The notes beneath the pieces are model-generated. The model was not told where the DNA came from, searched no databases, and saw nothing but the letters and a program-made list of their open reading frames with translations. Source: the human T2T-CHM13v2.0 reference genome, Homo sapiens. From it: 64,000 nt of DNA. Made by a program: the position numbers and the translations under genes. The DNA is taken from assembly GCF_009914755.1 (NCBI RefSeq), contig NC_060926.1. One strand, written 5' to 3'. This document shows positions 19,379-37,486 of this stretch, in pieces (the stretch's first letter is position 1; every line of letters starts with the position of its first letter).

Positions 19379-21355
19379 ATGATCCTTTTATAATGTTTTT
19401 ACCATTCTTTCCCTCATCTTCCTATTTATGCCTCTCTGTAGGCCTTTAGAATGCTTTCAGTTATGCTTCTGACCTCTGACAACATACGGTTTTGTTGGTG
19501 TTTCCTTGTGGAATTCAAAGATGTTTTCACTATTTCATGCATTTTTTGGTGGGTTTACTGATTCCACTACTTCCTCTTCAGTTATTTCTGTATTAATGTT
19601 ACATTCTTGTTCTTTTTAAAAAAGATTAATTTTTAAAGTATTTCTTTAGATCTTTTTGTGGATGACAGCATTTTTAAAATTCTTGCACGTCCCCAAATAC
19701 CTATGTCTACCTTGCTTTGTGTCCATGGTCACAAGGCTCTTTTTTCGCATGCTATAGCATCTACTCCATAGTTTTCAATATCTCATTTTGCAGATGAGTC
19801 CAAAGCAGCAGATGCTTTACCTATGAAAATCATTCATCTTTCTTTCAAGAGGCATGCAAAACTTTTAATTTTCACAAGACTTAAGGGATTTTACAGACGA
19901 TACTGAGATACATGTCTTTTCTCATAATTTTTCCTGGCGTAGGTGAGGCAATTCAGGCTGCAGTTTCGGGGCTTTTTATAACTCAGGGAACATTTCTTTG
20001 CTTTTGTATAATCTCGTCTATTCTATTATCTTCCTTCATATTTATTATTGTATATGTGCTAAGTCCTCTGGATGTTACTTCCAATCTCTGATCTTTCCTC
20101 ACACTTTCATATTTTTTGTTTTGTACTTTTATCTATTTTTTGCATTTAAGATTTTAGGCAACTAAATCTAGTCTCACCAGTGATTTGCCCTTGAATAGTT
20201 TGTAGATTTCATTTGTTAGGTCCCAAAAAACACTGGTTGTGTTATTGGGAATGTCCTTCAATAATGTAACTTTTAAACATTCAAGTTGCTTTTCATCTTG
20301 TCTTTGGTGTATATGCCTTGCTTATTCTGGATGGCATTATTCTTTCCAGATGCAGGTTAAGTTCTTTCAGAGAAGTTTGGAAAAATATGAAAAAAAGAGA
20401 CATTTATTCATTTCTTACTAGAGGTTTCAGAAGGAGAAAAAAATAAAGTGGCAAAAGACAATATTCAACATAATGATGCTTATAAATTCTTAGTGATAAT
20501 CAAAAGAAGGTTTCTTAGTGCTGGCATAACTGTAACAGAATACAGAACACACACACACACATACACACACACACATATGCATATACACACATATGGCTAA
20601 AAATTATTGAAAGCAGCTGGAAAGATACATGTAAACACAAATTCCACAAGAGAAAGAAGACAATTAGCTTGAAGGATAATTTCTCAATAGACACAAGAGA
20701 AACTCAAAACTATTGGGTTTCTACATTCAAATTGAGGAAAATAAATGATATTCAATCTCAAAATCTGTATCTAGAAATAATTTAAAAATCAGTTGAATAA
20801 AGACATTTTTAGATAAATTAAAAAACAGAATTTCCCATCAATGAGTCTCTCTTAAAATAATTTCCAAAGAACAGACTCTGGAAAGAAGAAAATTATCGCA
20901 GAAGAAAAGCCCAAGATGAGCAGGGAAATACTGAATGAAGAAGTTGAGAAACATGTTGGTAAATTTAAATAAACATTAACTTTATAAGATAATAATAATG
21001 ATGTCTAGCTTGTTCGAGAGACAAAAATAAAATAGAACTAAAATATTCTGATTACTCATTTAACCTAAAGAATTAGGGTTTATCTTAAAGTGGTGTACTA
21101 TTATGATACAATTTGGGACAAGAATAAAGTTATTGAATTAATAATTGCATTAAAACATTTGATGTGCTCTTGTAAGTGTCTGCTGTAGAAACTTGCAAAA
21201 GAAAACTGAATATAGAATTAAAACAAAGATACATAAGTCATATTTGGGTAATGTAAAAAACAAAGCAAAACAAAATTTGGATTCTGCTTTGAACAATGGA
21301 AATACATTGGTTTGAAAATTATTTCTGTAAGCAAATTGTATTATTGAAAACCTCC

Positions 21356-21583
21356 TTTTTTAACTTTTAAGTTCTGGGTACATGCGCAGGTTTGTTATAT
21401 AGGTAAACTTGTGTCATGGGTGTTTGTTATACAGATTATTTCATCATCCAGGTATTAAGTCTAGTACCCATTAGTTATTTTTCCTGATCCTCTTTGTCTT
21501 CCCACTCTCCAACATGTGTTGTTTCTCTCTATGTGTCTATGTGTTCTTATCATTTAGTTCCTACATATAAGTGAGAACATGTG
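21356..21583 (-). mobile_element. L1 3' end (older L1PA/L1PB type)
   Basis: TTTAAGTTCTGGGTACATGCGCAGGTTTGTTATATAGGTAAAC...GTGAGAACATG; flanked by AAAACC(T/A)CCTTTTTT TSD-like repeats. Confidence 0.85.
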
Positions 21584-21946
21584 AAAAACCACCTTTTTTT
21601 GACCCTACAAAATCATAGAGATATATTTAAATAACATAATTTTGACACCAGGTACCATATTATTAATAAAATATATGTTTATTAAATAATTCTCCAGCAT
21701 TGCTTAGTTTAGTTTGGTTTGGTTTGTTGTTTCTTCTCCAGCAGACATCTCTTTTCAGCTAACAGTGATGTCATGTGCACAGCATAAAAATTCTGTATCC
21801 ACCATTCTTTATCCACACAGAGATAGAGCATATACCTAAGAATAAGAGTATCTGCTTCCTTATTTGTATTGCTTCTTAATTTTCACTGGATACCACTTTC
21901 TATTTCATTGAAGCAGAATCAATTTTCCCATATAATTTCAAAATGA

Positions 21947-22272
<326 letters not shown>

Positions 22273-23617
22273 TAAATTTTTGAAATTCTGACTTACACAC
22301 ACTTAGCAAATCTTTCTCCTAAACAATGAAGAAAATTAAACCTATATTTTAAAAATTCTATGTAGAAAACACATCTATCTGGTTTATACAGATGGGTTCT
22401 ATAGTACATCCAAGGAAATTATCATTCTAATCTTACATAAACTTTATCAGATATTGGGGAAATAAAACATACCCACATCATTTTATAAGTCTAGTATAAT
22501 TGAGATATCACAACTGGGCAAAGAGAGTTTATGAAAAGAAAAATATACTGTTCTTTTTGTTTAGGACAATTTAAAACTGTAAAGCACTATATAGTATTAG
22601 GAAACTGTATACAATATGCTAACACATAGAATTATTATATACAATTAGATTTTACTTATATATATACCTATATAAGTGAATATATAGGTATATATATGTA
22701 TATACAGTGTGTATGAGTAAATATAAGTATATACAGTGTGTATGAAAATGTGTCATATATATCATGAAACATTAATTAATATGATGTATACATACATGCA
22801 CATATGTTTGAATGGTTTGAATATATACATGCACATTACATGCATATTATATGGCATGACAGACTATGTTCTATTCATGCTGTGTATTATTAACATAGGC
22901 ACAGAGATGTTTTTCCTTGTTTTAATAAAATTTATCAGTCAAAAACCTACAGCAAGCATCATGCTTAAAATAGATACATTAGACATAACATCTTTGCAAT
23001 AAAACCTACAATACTTTGTAATAAAACCTAGTATTTAAATATCTGTGTCTATTACACAGATATTTAATGCTGTATAATGGACAGATATTTTAATACTGTA
23101 TAATTTTTAATACTACACTAGCAATCCTTGCAGAGTGGATGATTAAAGAAAAGAAAATACTGCAATGGGACAAAAATATTTATATGCATATTTATTTATA
23201 TATAGTCCACCAAAGTATTTACTTATTATTTCTTAAATTTTTTATATTACACGGTTTTTAAATACACAGAAAAAATATATTTGAAAACAAGAAAGGGTTA
23301 ATTTTAGCCTTTCTGTTGTAAATAAATTTAACTTTTCTCAAGTATTTTAGAAATAGCTACTTAAGTTTTTCATATTTTAAAAAATATATTAATATTTTAC
23401 ATAATTATTCACTATTTAGGAACATGCTATTATTTTTTATTTTTCTTTTCCTTTGTAACTTAATTATATTGAAATAATTTTACTCTTGCTAGGAAAGATT
23501 AATTGCCCTCAGTTTTCTAAGTCATTGTTTATTATTTTTACATAATTTACCCTGATAATAAAAGTATAAAAATCACACTTCGTTTTTTATTAATTTCATT
23601 ACATGTTGTAGAAACAT

Positions 23618-24190
<573 letters not shown>

Positions 24191-24264
24191 ATAATTATCC
24201 TATAACTAGATAAAGGAGGTTAAGGATAGAAGATCTAGACAGATGTGGAATCACATGAGGGTTC

Positions 24265-26426
<2,162 letters not shown>

Positions 26427-26610
26427 GTTGCACATGATGTATGTACAACAAATGAATACAGTCTTGAAAGAGGACACATAAAAATAAGAATATTAGGCAG
26501 CAAAGTTAGAGAAGTTAATATAAAAGAAGAGGGAGCTGGAGGCCATGGCAGTTAGTGCGCATTTCTAAAGACCAATAGGAACATAATGAGGAGCTTTAAG
26601 AAAGTAATGT

Positions 26611-26910
<300 letters not shown>

Positions 26911-27541
26911 AGAATCTACACAGTCAGATTTGCTTTTTCTATGTTACTTGAGTATGATGCTGTGAATGAATAAAGATTACTGCTAAATTAAGAAGAAATT
27001 GAGAAGACTGGGGTGTGTGGGTGTCAGTCATACATTCAGTTACTGACATGTTCAATGTGAGGTACCTTTCAGATATTCAAAAAAGACATACTAGGTAGAC
27101 AATTACACTTGTAATAGCAATGCATGACTTAAAATTATAACACTGGACACATCATCCTATAAATGCTAACTGAGTTAATTAGATGAGATTCTGTAGAGAA
27201 AATGGACACTATAAGAAATAATAGTGTCCAGAACTGAGTTATAATGACCTCTAATATTTAATGATAAATGAAAGAAGAGGAACTGATGACTGAACCTGAG
27301 AAGAAACCAATAAACTTGTAATAACAGAAGAACAAACCCAGGTGGTGCTAAAGAAATCACAGTTCATCAAAAAGGAGGGACAAGTGGACTTGCCTTGTTA
27401 AAGATGGACTGCCTTACCAAATATGACAAATATTAAAATATGTTTAGATTTCAATGATGACCAAATATGTAAATAAGACACTGGAATTTATTCGTCAAAT
27501 TCCTGATAATATTAAATGTTACATGAGCAATTGGATGTTAA

Positions 27542-27846
<305 letters not shown>

Positions 27847-29048
27847 AAAGCACAACTTTTCCAATTTCATTTCTGGTATATAAGCCTTGCCATCCACAGC
27901 TGCCCAGGTAGTGTCATTCGCAGACTCTAAAGTTTTGATGTGCACAGATTTCACTACCTTTCAAAGGCTCAGCCCTGTGCCTGGGTCAGCAAAGCAATAA
28001 GTGCCACACTCCAAGGTGAGTAGAAAAGTCAGGATGTAAAATTTATAAAGGATGTAATTGAGCTAATTTCAAAGCTCTTCAGTTTTACTGCCAAAAAAAT
28101 ATAGTGAATTGGAAGTTGTTGGCAAGTAAAGAGAATATTTTAATATTGTCAAAGTTGTTGATGTTTCCCCCTTATCCCAAGTGCAAAAAGTGATGCTGTA
28201 ATGAGACCTCCTCCAACTTGGAGAAGTTTTAAGTGATCTCTTCATATTAGAGGGAATAAGAGACTGTGTGTTTCACATGGTCTAGAGTCTAGAAAGTAAG
28301 AATTGGTCAGCCTGATTTAACTATGGGGCCAGGGAGAGGTAGGTGTGTGGGGATTGGTCTGATCTCCCAAAGTATCTCAGAAAAAAAATGAGTGATTGCC
28401 ATGGACCAGATATGGACTAGGGGTTCATGGTATGGTCATCACCTAGAATGGGGGATATACCTCACCAGAATGAAAGTCAACCTCTGATGCCAAAAGGCTT
28501 AGAAAACAGAGGTAATCAACAAAACTGTGGATACAGTATTCTCTTCCACACTTCACAGGAACGTCACATTTGAGATCTCCAGCTAACAGGCTATATTTCC
28601 ATTTCTTTCCTATAGAAAAAAATAAATAGATTAAATACCTCTCATACCCAAAGAACTTAATGCTACCTCATGAGAATATTGGTCAAGTAAGAACTTTTTT
28701 GCCCACTTTCTCACCTTGCTCTCTATTTAGCACGGCTGGATGGAATGGAAATCATGAGTCAACTGGGTGGGAGTTGGGCACATTCTTTTGTTCTACAGAA
28801 GACCAACCTGCTTCCAGTCCAAGCTAAGCAAGGATGGCAGCTACAACTTTAAGTAAAGTCTAAATGCCTTATAATTATATTAGATTTGACATATTATTAA
28901 TTAATTGAGATTGCAATTTTATCTGACAGTGATCCAAATATCATGGAGCTTATCCTAATTTTCATTGACCAGTAGCAAAAAAATCACACACAAAACAAAA
29001 GTAAAAGGATAATGATAGTATAACATAAAACCATTTCTGATTACAGCC

Positions 29049-31305
29049 TGTATTAGTCCATTTTCACACTGCTGATAAAGACATAACAGAAACTGGGCAA
29101 TTTACAAAAGAAGGAGGTTTAATGGACTTACAGTTGTACATACGTGGGGAGGCCCCACAATCATGGCAGAAGGTAAAAGGCATGTCTTACATGGTGGCAG
29201 ACAAGAGAAGAGAGCTTGTGCAGGGAAACTCTCATTTTTAAAAACATCAGATCTTGTGAAACTAATTTACTATCATGAGAACAGCACAGAAAAGACCCAT
29301 CCCCATGATTCAATTAACTCCCACTGGGTTCCTCCCATGACATGTAGGAATTATGGAAGATACAATTCAAGATGAGATTTGGGTGGGCGGCACAGCCAAA
29401 CCATGTCATTCTGCCTCTGGCCCCTCCCAAATCTCATGTCCTCACATTTCAAAACCATTAATGTCTTCCCAACAGTCTCCCAAAGTCTTAACTTATTTCG
29501 GCATTAACTCAAAAGTCCACAGTCCAAAGCCACATCTGAGACAAGGCAAGTCTCTTCCACCTCTGAGCCTGTAAAATCAAAAGCAAGTTAGTTACCTCCT
29601 AGATACAATGGGGGTACAGGTATTGGGTAAATACAGCCATCCCCAAAACAAAGGGGCTATGGACCCAATGGAGGTCCGAAATCCAGCAGGGCAGGCAAAT
29701 TTTAAAGCTCCAAAATTATCTGCTTTGACTCCATGTCTCACATTCAATAACACTGATGCAAGAGGTAAGTTCCCCTGGTCTTGGACAGCTCCGCCCCTGT
29801 GGCTTTGCAGGGTACAGCCTCCCTCCCGGATGCTTTCATGGGCTGGCATTGAGGGTCTGTGGCTTTTCCAGGGACATGGTACAAGCTGGCAGTGGATCTA
29901 CCATTCTGGGATCTGGAAGACAGCGGCCCTCTTCTCATAGCTCCACAAGGTGGTTTCCCAGTAGGGACTCTGTGTGGGGATTCCAACCCCATAGTTCCCT
30001 TTTTCACTGCCATAGCAGATGTTCTCCATGAGATCCCTGCCTCTGCAGCAAACTTTAGCCTGGGCATCCAGGCATTTCCATTCATCTTCTGAAATCTAGG
30101 TAGAGGTTTCCAAACCTCAATTCTTGACTTCTGTGCCCTCGCAGGCTCAACACCACGTGGAAGCTGCCAAGGCCTGAGGCTTCCACCCTCTGAAGCCATG
30201 GCCTGAGCTCTACATTGGCCCCTTTAAGCAATGGCTGAAGCTGCTGGGATTCAGGACACAAGTCCCTAGGCTGCACATAGCACAGGGACTCTGGACTCAG
30301 CCCACAAAACAACTTTTTCCTTCTAAACCTTCAGGCCTGTGATGGGAGGGGCTGCCATAAAGGTCTCTGACATGCCCTGGAGACATTTTCTCCATTGTCT
30401 TGGTGATTAATATTCTGCTCCTTGTTACTTATGCAAATTTCTGCAGTCACTTGAATTTCTTCTCAGAAAATGGGATTTTCTTTTCTACCACATGGTCAGG
30501 CTACACATTTTCCAATATTTTATGGTCTGTTTCTCTTTTAAAACCTTTAACAGCACCCAAGTAACCTCTTGAATGCTTTGCCGCTTAGAAATTTCTTCCT
30601 CCAGATACCCTAAATCATCTCTCTCAAGTTCAAAGTTCCACAATTCTCTATGGCAGGGGCAAAATGCCACCAGTGTTTTGGTAAAACATAACAAGACTCA
30701 CCTTTGCTCCACTTCCCAACAAGTTCCTCATCTTCATCTGAAACCAACTTAGCCTGGATTTCATTGTCCATATCATTATCAGCATTTTGGGCAAAGTCAT
30801 TCACAAGACTCTAGGAAGTTTGAAACTTTCCCACATTTTCCTGTCTTTTTCTGAGCCCTCCAAACTGTTCCAACCTCTGCCTATTACCTAGTTCCAAAGT
30901 TACTCCCACATTTTTAGGTATCTTTTCAGCAGCACCTCGCTCCTGGCATCAATTTAGTCTGTTTTCATGCTGCTGATAAAGACATACCCAAGACTGGGCA
31001 ATTACAAAAGAAAGAGGTTCAATGGACTTACAGTTCCACATGGCTGGGGAGGCCTCACAATCATGGCAGAAGGTGAAGGCACGTCTCACATGGTGGAAGA
31101 CAAGAGAAGAAAGCTTGTGCAGGAAAACTCACGTTTTTAATACTGTCAAATCTTGTGATACTTATTTACTATCCTGAGAACAGCACAGGAAAAACCTGCT
31201 TCCATGTTCAGTTACCTCCCACCGGGTTTCTCCCACAACATGTGGGAATTGTGGGAGTTACAATTCAAGATGAGATTTGGGTGGGGACACAGCCAAACCA
31301 TCTCA
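29049..31305 (-). mobile_element. Full THE1 (B/C/D-like) MaLR element: LTR 29049-29408, internal region, LTR ~30953-31305
   Basis: Two direct LTRs ending CAGCCAAACCAT(G/C)TCA on the plus strand; THE1-int between them; TSD CAGCC/CAGCT. Confidence 0.93.
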
Positions 31306-31484
31306 CAGCTCTTGAGTACTGTTTCATTAACGTAACTGTGACATTTATACCTATTATAAAAGTAATTATTTCCATTATGTGTTATATCAGTATTTTAATA
31401 ATTTATAATTTTAACAAATTAATATTTATATAACTTAAAAGCTTCCCATAATTTGTGTCTTCTCTTTCATTGCTTCATCTAAGG

Positions 31485-31697
31485 CAGAAGTTTGTAAACT
31501 ATAGCTTGTAGGTAAAATCTACCTCTCCACCTGTTTTTGTAAATTAAGCTCTATTGGAACATAGTTATATTCATTTGTTTATGTATTGTCTAAAGCTAGT
31601 TTTTTGATATAACAGAAAACTTAACTAATTGCAACACAGCCTATATGCCGAATAAAACTAAACTATTTAATATACAGAAAAATTTTGCCAACCTCTG
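31485..31697 (-). mobile_element. MER58A-like DNA transposon
   Basis: CAGAAGTTTGTAAACTA...CTGTTTTTGTAAAT...TATTGGAACA...TTTGCCAACCTCTG, the reverse of the element at 3926. Confidence 0.75.
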
Positions 31698-32689
31698 ATT
31701 TAGAGCAATATTCTGTGTAACTTCCAGAATCTGATGAAAGAGCAGCTTCATCATATTAAAAGATTTTTCACTCAGCCGATTTTCAGATTGATAGTAACAG
31801 ACTGATTTTAAATGGAAATGAAACATGCTAATGTGTCTATGTGTATAGCATGTTTTCATGAAATCCTGAAAACTGTCAAAGTTGTGCATCTTACTTACAA
31901 ATTTTAACGTTAATTTCTCTCATTTATTTGTGGTGGGGATATGTCAGTGTAGTTCCACTACTCAATTATACTCATATGTAGAATAAAAGAGGTGATGTTT
32001 AAGACTTAATCCATTAGTAAGCTGCAATTCATGTAATCTACGTATAATTGACAGAGCCTGGAAATTTTTCTTTACAATTTTAAATAACCCTTCTATAATA
32101 TAAATTGAAATTAATTTCAAAATGGAGTAAAAAGGAAACTGAAAATATAAAAATAAAAATATCATCTCTAAAACACAAACAATGGGACCGAGACAGATCT
32201 ATTAACAGATACTGATAGCTGATATCATGATAAGTGTATGCTACATAAACTAAAGCACCACCAACATCAACCTTGCAATTGCAGTGATATATTTACAAAT
32301 ATCTAAAAGAAACGTGAAGTTCAATTTGAAATATGAGATCAAAATCAAGTCTGGAGACATGTTTTATTTGGTCCTGAAAAGTGCTCACATATTGCTATAA
32401 TTACTATGAAAATATCACTAGTAGTATAAGTGCCATAACTATGTTTTTAAAAAGCCCTGAAGTAAAAAGATGTAATGAGAGAAAAGATGGGAGAATAAAA
32501 CAGGAGAAAATAATTCCCTATATATTCTCCAACATGAATATATCTTGTTACATATGGTAAGAGTCAAATTAAGGACTGGCCAGCTGGGCAGTTGCCCATG
32601 ACACTTAAATAGAAAATATAGAATTTTCAAAATGAAACAATTTGGAAACATATAAATCAGCCCTGCTTTCACTTAGAGAGTGATGTCTT

Positions 32690-33070
32690 TTTTATTTTTC
32701 ATTTTCCCAGTTCTATCAAGACATAACTGACAAATGAAAATGGCATATATTTAAGGCATACAATGTGATGTTTTGATATATGTATACATTATGAAATGAT
32801 TACCATAATCAAGCTAATTAACATATCCATGACCTCACATAGTTACAATTTTGTAGGATGGGAAAACATTTCAAATTGACTCTCTTCAAAGTATACAACA
32901 CAGTATGATTAAATAATATTTTTTAAAACAAAAATTATTTGATATATATATCCATAGCAAAATGGTTACTGGCATCAAGCAAATAAACATGTTTATCAGC
33001 TCACATAGTTAATGCATTTTATTTCTGTGGCAAGAGCATTTAAAATCTACTCTTTTAGCAAAATCATAAA
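32690..33070 (-). mobile_element. Two L1MA/MB-type 3'-end fragments
   Basis: TACAATGTGATGTTTTGATATATGTATACATT...CCTCACATAGTTA motif present twice. Confidence 0.7.
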
Positions 33071-33291
33071 TATGTTTATTTGAAAAACAAAACAAACAAA
33101 AATTACTTAACATAAGATACTGTCCAGTACATTTCATTAAGCCATGTGTACATTCTGTTGCAAAGAATGGGTGAATTTGTCCAGGGTATTCCAGCTGGTG
33201 GTGATCTGACTTGGAACTGGAATCTGAAATTCTGTTTGTTTGTATAATGTATTCTACATTTGTCCTTCTGTATTTCTGTAGGTGTTACAAG

Positions 33292-33635
33292 GTTTTTGTT
33301 TGTTTGTTTGTTTGTTTAACTTTTATTTTAAGTTCAGGGGTACATGTGGAGGTTTGTTACTTAGGTAAACTTGTGTCATGGGGGTGTGTTGTAATGATTA
33401 TTTTATCACCCAGGTATTTGATCTAGTACCCATAGTTATTTTTCCTGATTCTCTCCCTCCTCCCACCCTCCATCATCCTATAGGCCCCAGGGTGTGTTCT
33501 TCCCCTCTATGTGTCCATGTGTTCATCATTTAGCTATTTAGCTGCCACTTATAAGGGAGAATATATGGTATTTGGCTTTCTGTTCCTGTGTTAGTTTCCT
33601 AAGGATAGTACCCTCCAGCTCTATCCATCTCCCTG
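33292..33635 (-). mobile_element. L1 3' end (older L1PA/L1PB type) with (TTTG)n tail
   Basis: TTTTAAGTTCAGGGGTACATGTGGAGGTTTGTTAC...CCTCCAGCTCTATCCAT. Confidence 0.85.
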
Positions 33636-34284
33636 TTAAATACACACACACAATCAATCAAATACAAAAATTACAAACACCAAACTTAATACAGAGTCAA
33701 TGTCCCAGACATTGTGATAATGTCCCTTTATAAGACTATGTCTCATAATTAGGATAAAATCTCTGACTTCAAAAAGCTTATATTTACTAAAGTTATGATA
33801 AACATATGCACATACATACATAAAGACAAAGACGCACACACATCCTCTCACATGTAGACATACCTATGTAGACATACATACATACTAGAGGGAAGGAGGA
33901 AAGAGAGTGGAGGAAAAGAGAAAGCTGACCCTGTGGAAATCCAGAAGAAGATTATGAGAAGTGGGTGCAGGAAATATCAATGCCTTGAAGAGTTCCAACT
34001 GTGAATTCATTGTTATACATGACTTCAAGCCTTTTACATATTTTAATTCTATATTTTTCTTGCTAAATCAATTTCTGGGTTCACTTACACATCTTGATTA
34101 GACATTCTTCCTACAAGACAAAGAACACACCTGAATGACAAAATTATCTTTTGGTATTTAAATTAAATGCATGGTTACATTCCAGCACTAACTTCCTGTG
34201 AAAATCAGCTTTGCATTAGTATATAATGATGTGCTCCCTAAAATACTTGGAAAAGCAATAAACATAAAATACAATTAGTTATGT

Positions 34285-34769
34285 AAGCGGAAGACATACA
34301 TTTTGAGAAATGTATTATTAGGCAATGTTGTTGTATTAGTATGTTTTCATGCTGCTGATAAAGACATAGCCAAGACTGGACAATTTACAAAAGAAGAGGT
34401 TTGGTGGACTTACAGTCCCACATCCTGGGGAGGCCTCACAATCATGGTGGAAGGTGAAAGGCACATCTCACCATGGCGGCAGACAAGAGAAGAGAGCTTG
34501 TGCAGGGAAACTCCCCTTTTTAAAACCATCAGATCTCATGAGACTTATTCACTATCATGAGAACAGTACGGAAAAGACTTGCCCCCATGATTCAATTACC
34601 TCCCACCGGGTCCCTCCAACAACATGTGGGAATTCAAGATGAGATTTGGGTGGGGACACAGCCAAACCATATCAGTTTTCATTGTGCAAACATCATAGAA
34701 TGTACTTACACAAACCTAGATGGTATAGGCTACTACACACCTAGGCTATATGGTATATCCTATTGCTCT
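34285..34769. mobile_element. Tigger3/MER7-like DNA transposon fragment, host to a THE1 LTR and MER50
   Basis: TGAGAAATGTATTATTAGGCAAT...GTGCAAACATCATAGAATGTACTTACACAAACCTAGATGGTATAGGCTACTACACACCTAGGCTATATGG. Confidence 0.8.
34332..34674 (-). mobile_element. Solo THE1 LTR
   Basis: TGTATTAGT...CAGCCAAACCATATCA; TSD GTTGT/GTTTT. Confidence 0.93.
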
Positions 34770-37486
34770 TGTTAGTGGTGGAGAATCCAGACCGGTCTCC
34801 AGCAACCTCAATTCTTGCCTCCTCAGAAGAAAGAATTTGACTGAAGTGCATAAGACAGAAGAAGACACCGAGACAAGTTTTAAAGCAGGAGTGAACATTT
34901 ATTAAAAAGCTTTAGAGCAGGAGTGAAAGGAAATACAGTACACTTGGAAGAAGGCCAAGTGGGCAACTTAAGAGATCAAGTGCATGGTTTGACCTTTTGA
35001 CTTGGGGTTTTATACATTGGCATACTTCTGGGGTCTTGCATTACTTTTACCCTGATTCTCCTTTATGGGTTGGCTGTCTCCATGATCAGTGGCTGCTAGC
35101 ACTTAGGAAGGAGCAGGCATAGTGTGTTTACTGGAGTTGTACTCATGCTCACTTGAGGCATTCTTCTCTTACCAGTGGGGCATTTCTAGAGAAAGTTCAC
35201 ATACCAGTTAAACTCTGCCATTTCTTCCCTTTAATGTGCATGCTTAAGCTCACTCACTCAACTCCTGAGATCTTTTCGGGGAGTTGCTGATCACCAGACT
35301 CTTCTGTTTTCTATCTATTGGAAGATTGTCCTTCCCTGGCGCTGGTTGTGACAAATTATTATTTTAAAGAGACAGTTAACAACCATCTGACCTTATAGTT
35401 GCCTGACATTCTGGTGTGGGCTGTGGCAGCGGGTGGGGAGGCTCTGCTGCCCTGCTCATGCCTGACTAGCTACCTACCATAACACTTCATCTCTTTCCTA
35501 TGGGTTTCTTGTGCCTGCAGCCTTGGGCTGGCCTATATCTTTGTCTCTATAACTTTATAGTGACTCTTACATAAAGCATTTTAGCAACAAAATGATTTTT
35601 TTTTTGTCATATTCCCATTTCCCATGTTCTTTAAGTAGAGGAGAAGCCTGTTTTTCAGCTAACTGCCACAAGGGACTGGACTTCCTTCTCCACCCCCTTC
35701 AAATATGACCTTGAAGGTTTTGATGCATATTGAGACAATGGAAGTAATTAGAGAAAGGGAGGCTACAGGAGAAAGTGAGAGGAAGTGAGAGGAATACTCA
35801 TGAAAAGCCTTCATGTGCTCACAAAAACAGCAGCCCTTGCATTCAAGAAGGCAATGTTTATTTAACCTCTTGATGTAATGTAGTAACCTCTGGAAGACTT
35901 GCGGCTTGGGGTAAAAACTCACAGGTTACAAAGGAAAAATTTTCCCTCCTCCCAAAGGGGTGCCAACTCAAAGAAAAGGAAGTAGGTGGGAACTTAAAGG
36001 GTCAAAGTGAGGCCCTAATGCAAGCAGACAAGTTGCTTTAAAAGCCGCCAGAAAACTTGGCCCTGGGGGGCATAACAGGAATGAAAACCATATGGTAAGT
36101 CATAAGGAGCTGGCAGAACCAAGGTTACAATTAGTGACTGGCCTGGCAATTTGCCAGCAGACAGGGAAAGGGTTGGAGATCACCTAAGCTGGTAGGATAA
36201 AAACAAGTATAAATCTTAGGGATATCCACAAGGAGCCCATGTCTTTGCTGCCTGCAAGTGCAGTAAAAATCATAGGTGCACAAATAACAGAGAGTGTGTA
36301 TAAGTCATGTGTCATGTGAAATGAAAGCAAAGGGGCAATTTGCCCATGAGGCAAATGGTCCAGCTGGTGTCCAAGGCCATTTCATCATGTTGGTGCAAAA
36401 GTAACTGCGGTTTTTGCCATGACTTTCAATGGCAAAGACTGCAGCTACTTTTGCACCCCAACTTAATAGAACAGACACAGAGAAGACAGGTAAATAAGCA
36501 GTGCAGTTTCTTGGGAAAGCTGATTTTAATTGAAAAAGCAGAGGAAACCCCAGACATAGCACAGTTTTAGGCTTTAGCTCTACCGTTCTCACAAGCCTTC
36601 TGTCCATCAGGGCCATTAGTGCCTCAGTTCTACTGGAAGTAGACCTCAAGCTCCTTCCCACCCCTACAAGCCACCCATCAGTGTGAGCTGAGAGATCAGC
36701 CAGGGGGTGTGGGAGCAAGCCTCTTGTTCCCAAGAGAAATTGTTCTAAATGTTGGTTAGTAAGCAGGAGAGTGAAAAGACAGAAGGAAACTGCATACAGG
36801 GGTTGAACACCTCCAGCCAAAGAAGGTGAAGTGTAAAAGTATCTTACCACTGGGGAATGTACCTGAGCCATGTGGAAACTAGATATGTTATTGCTGGCAG
36901 GTGCCCAAGTTACTGGCAGTGAATCCGTATGAGTCTGCAGCAACCTCAATTCTTGCTTCCCCGGAAGAAAGAATTCGACTGAGGGGCATAAAGCAGAAGA
37001 CACCAAGGCAAGTTTTAGAGCAGAAGTGAAAGCTTATTAAAAAGCTTTAGAGCAGGAGTGAAAGGAAGTAAAGTACACTTGGAAGAGGGCTAAGTGGGCA
37101 ATCTAAGAGATCAAATGCATGGTTTGACTTGTTGACGTGTATAGTTGATGTGTTTCTTGGATCTTGCATTCTTCCCATGATTCTTCCCTTGGGGTGGGCT
37201 GTCTGCATGAGTAGTATAGCCTGAGAACACTTGAGAGGGGAGCACGTGCTGTGTTTACTGGAGTTGTACACCTGCTTACTTGGGACGTTTTTCCCTTCCC
37301 AGTGTGACATTTCTAGAGGAAGGTGATATACCAGTTAAACTCTGCCATTTTGCCTCTTAATGCACATGCTTGAGCCCACTCACCCAACTCCTGAGATCTT
37401 ATTGGAAAGCTGCTGATCATCAGTTTTAGGTGTTTTCTATAATATCTACTGGGAGACTGCCCTTCCCTGCTGCCAGCTGTGACCAA
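34770..37486 (-). mobile_element. Internally deleted ERV1 provirus with MER50-like LTRs (3'LTR 34770-35484; 5'LTR 36886-37486, truncated)
   Basis: Two direct repeats sharing CAGCAACCTCAATTCTTGC...TTATTAAAAAGCTTTAGAGCAGGAGTGAAAGGAA; purine tract next to 35484; degenerate PBS-like sequence at ~36865-36885. Confidence 0.8.

Noticed and set aside
28000-29040. Possible ancient LTR-like sequence
   Set aside because: Only a vague resemblance; no termini or TSD could be supported.
36305-37006. 233-aa minus-strand ORF
   Set aside because: It spans an LTR and the ERV leader region, with no gag/pol/env motif recognisable.
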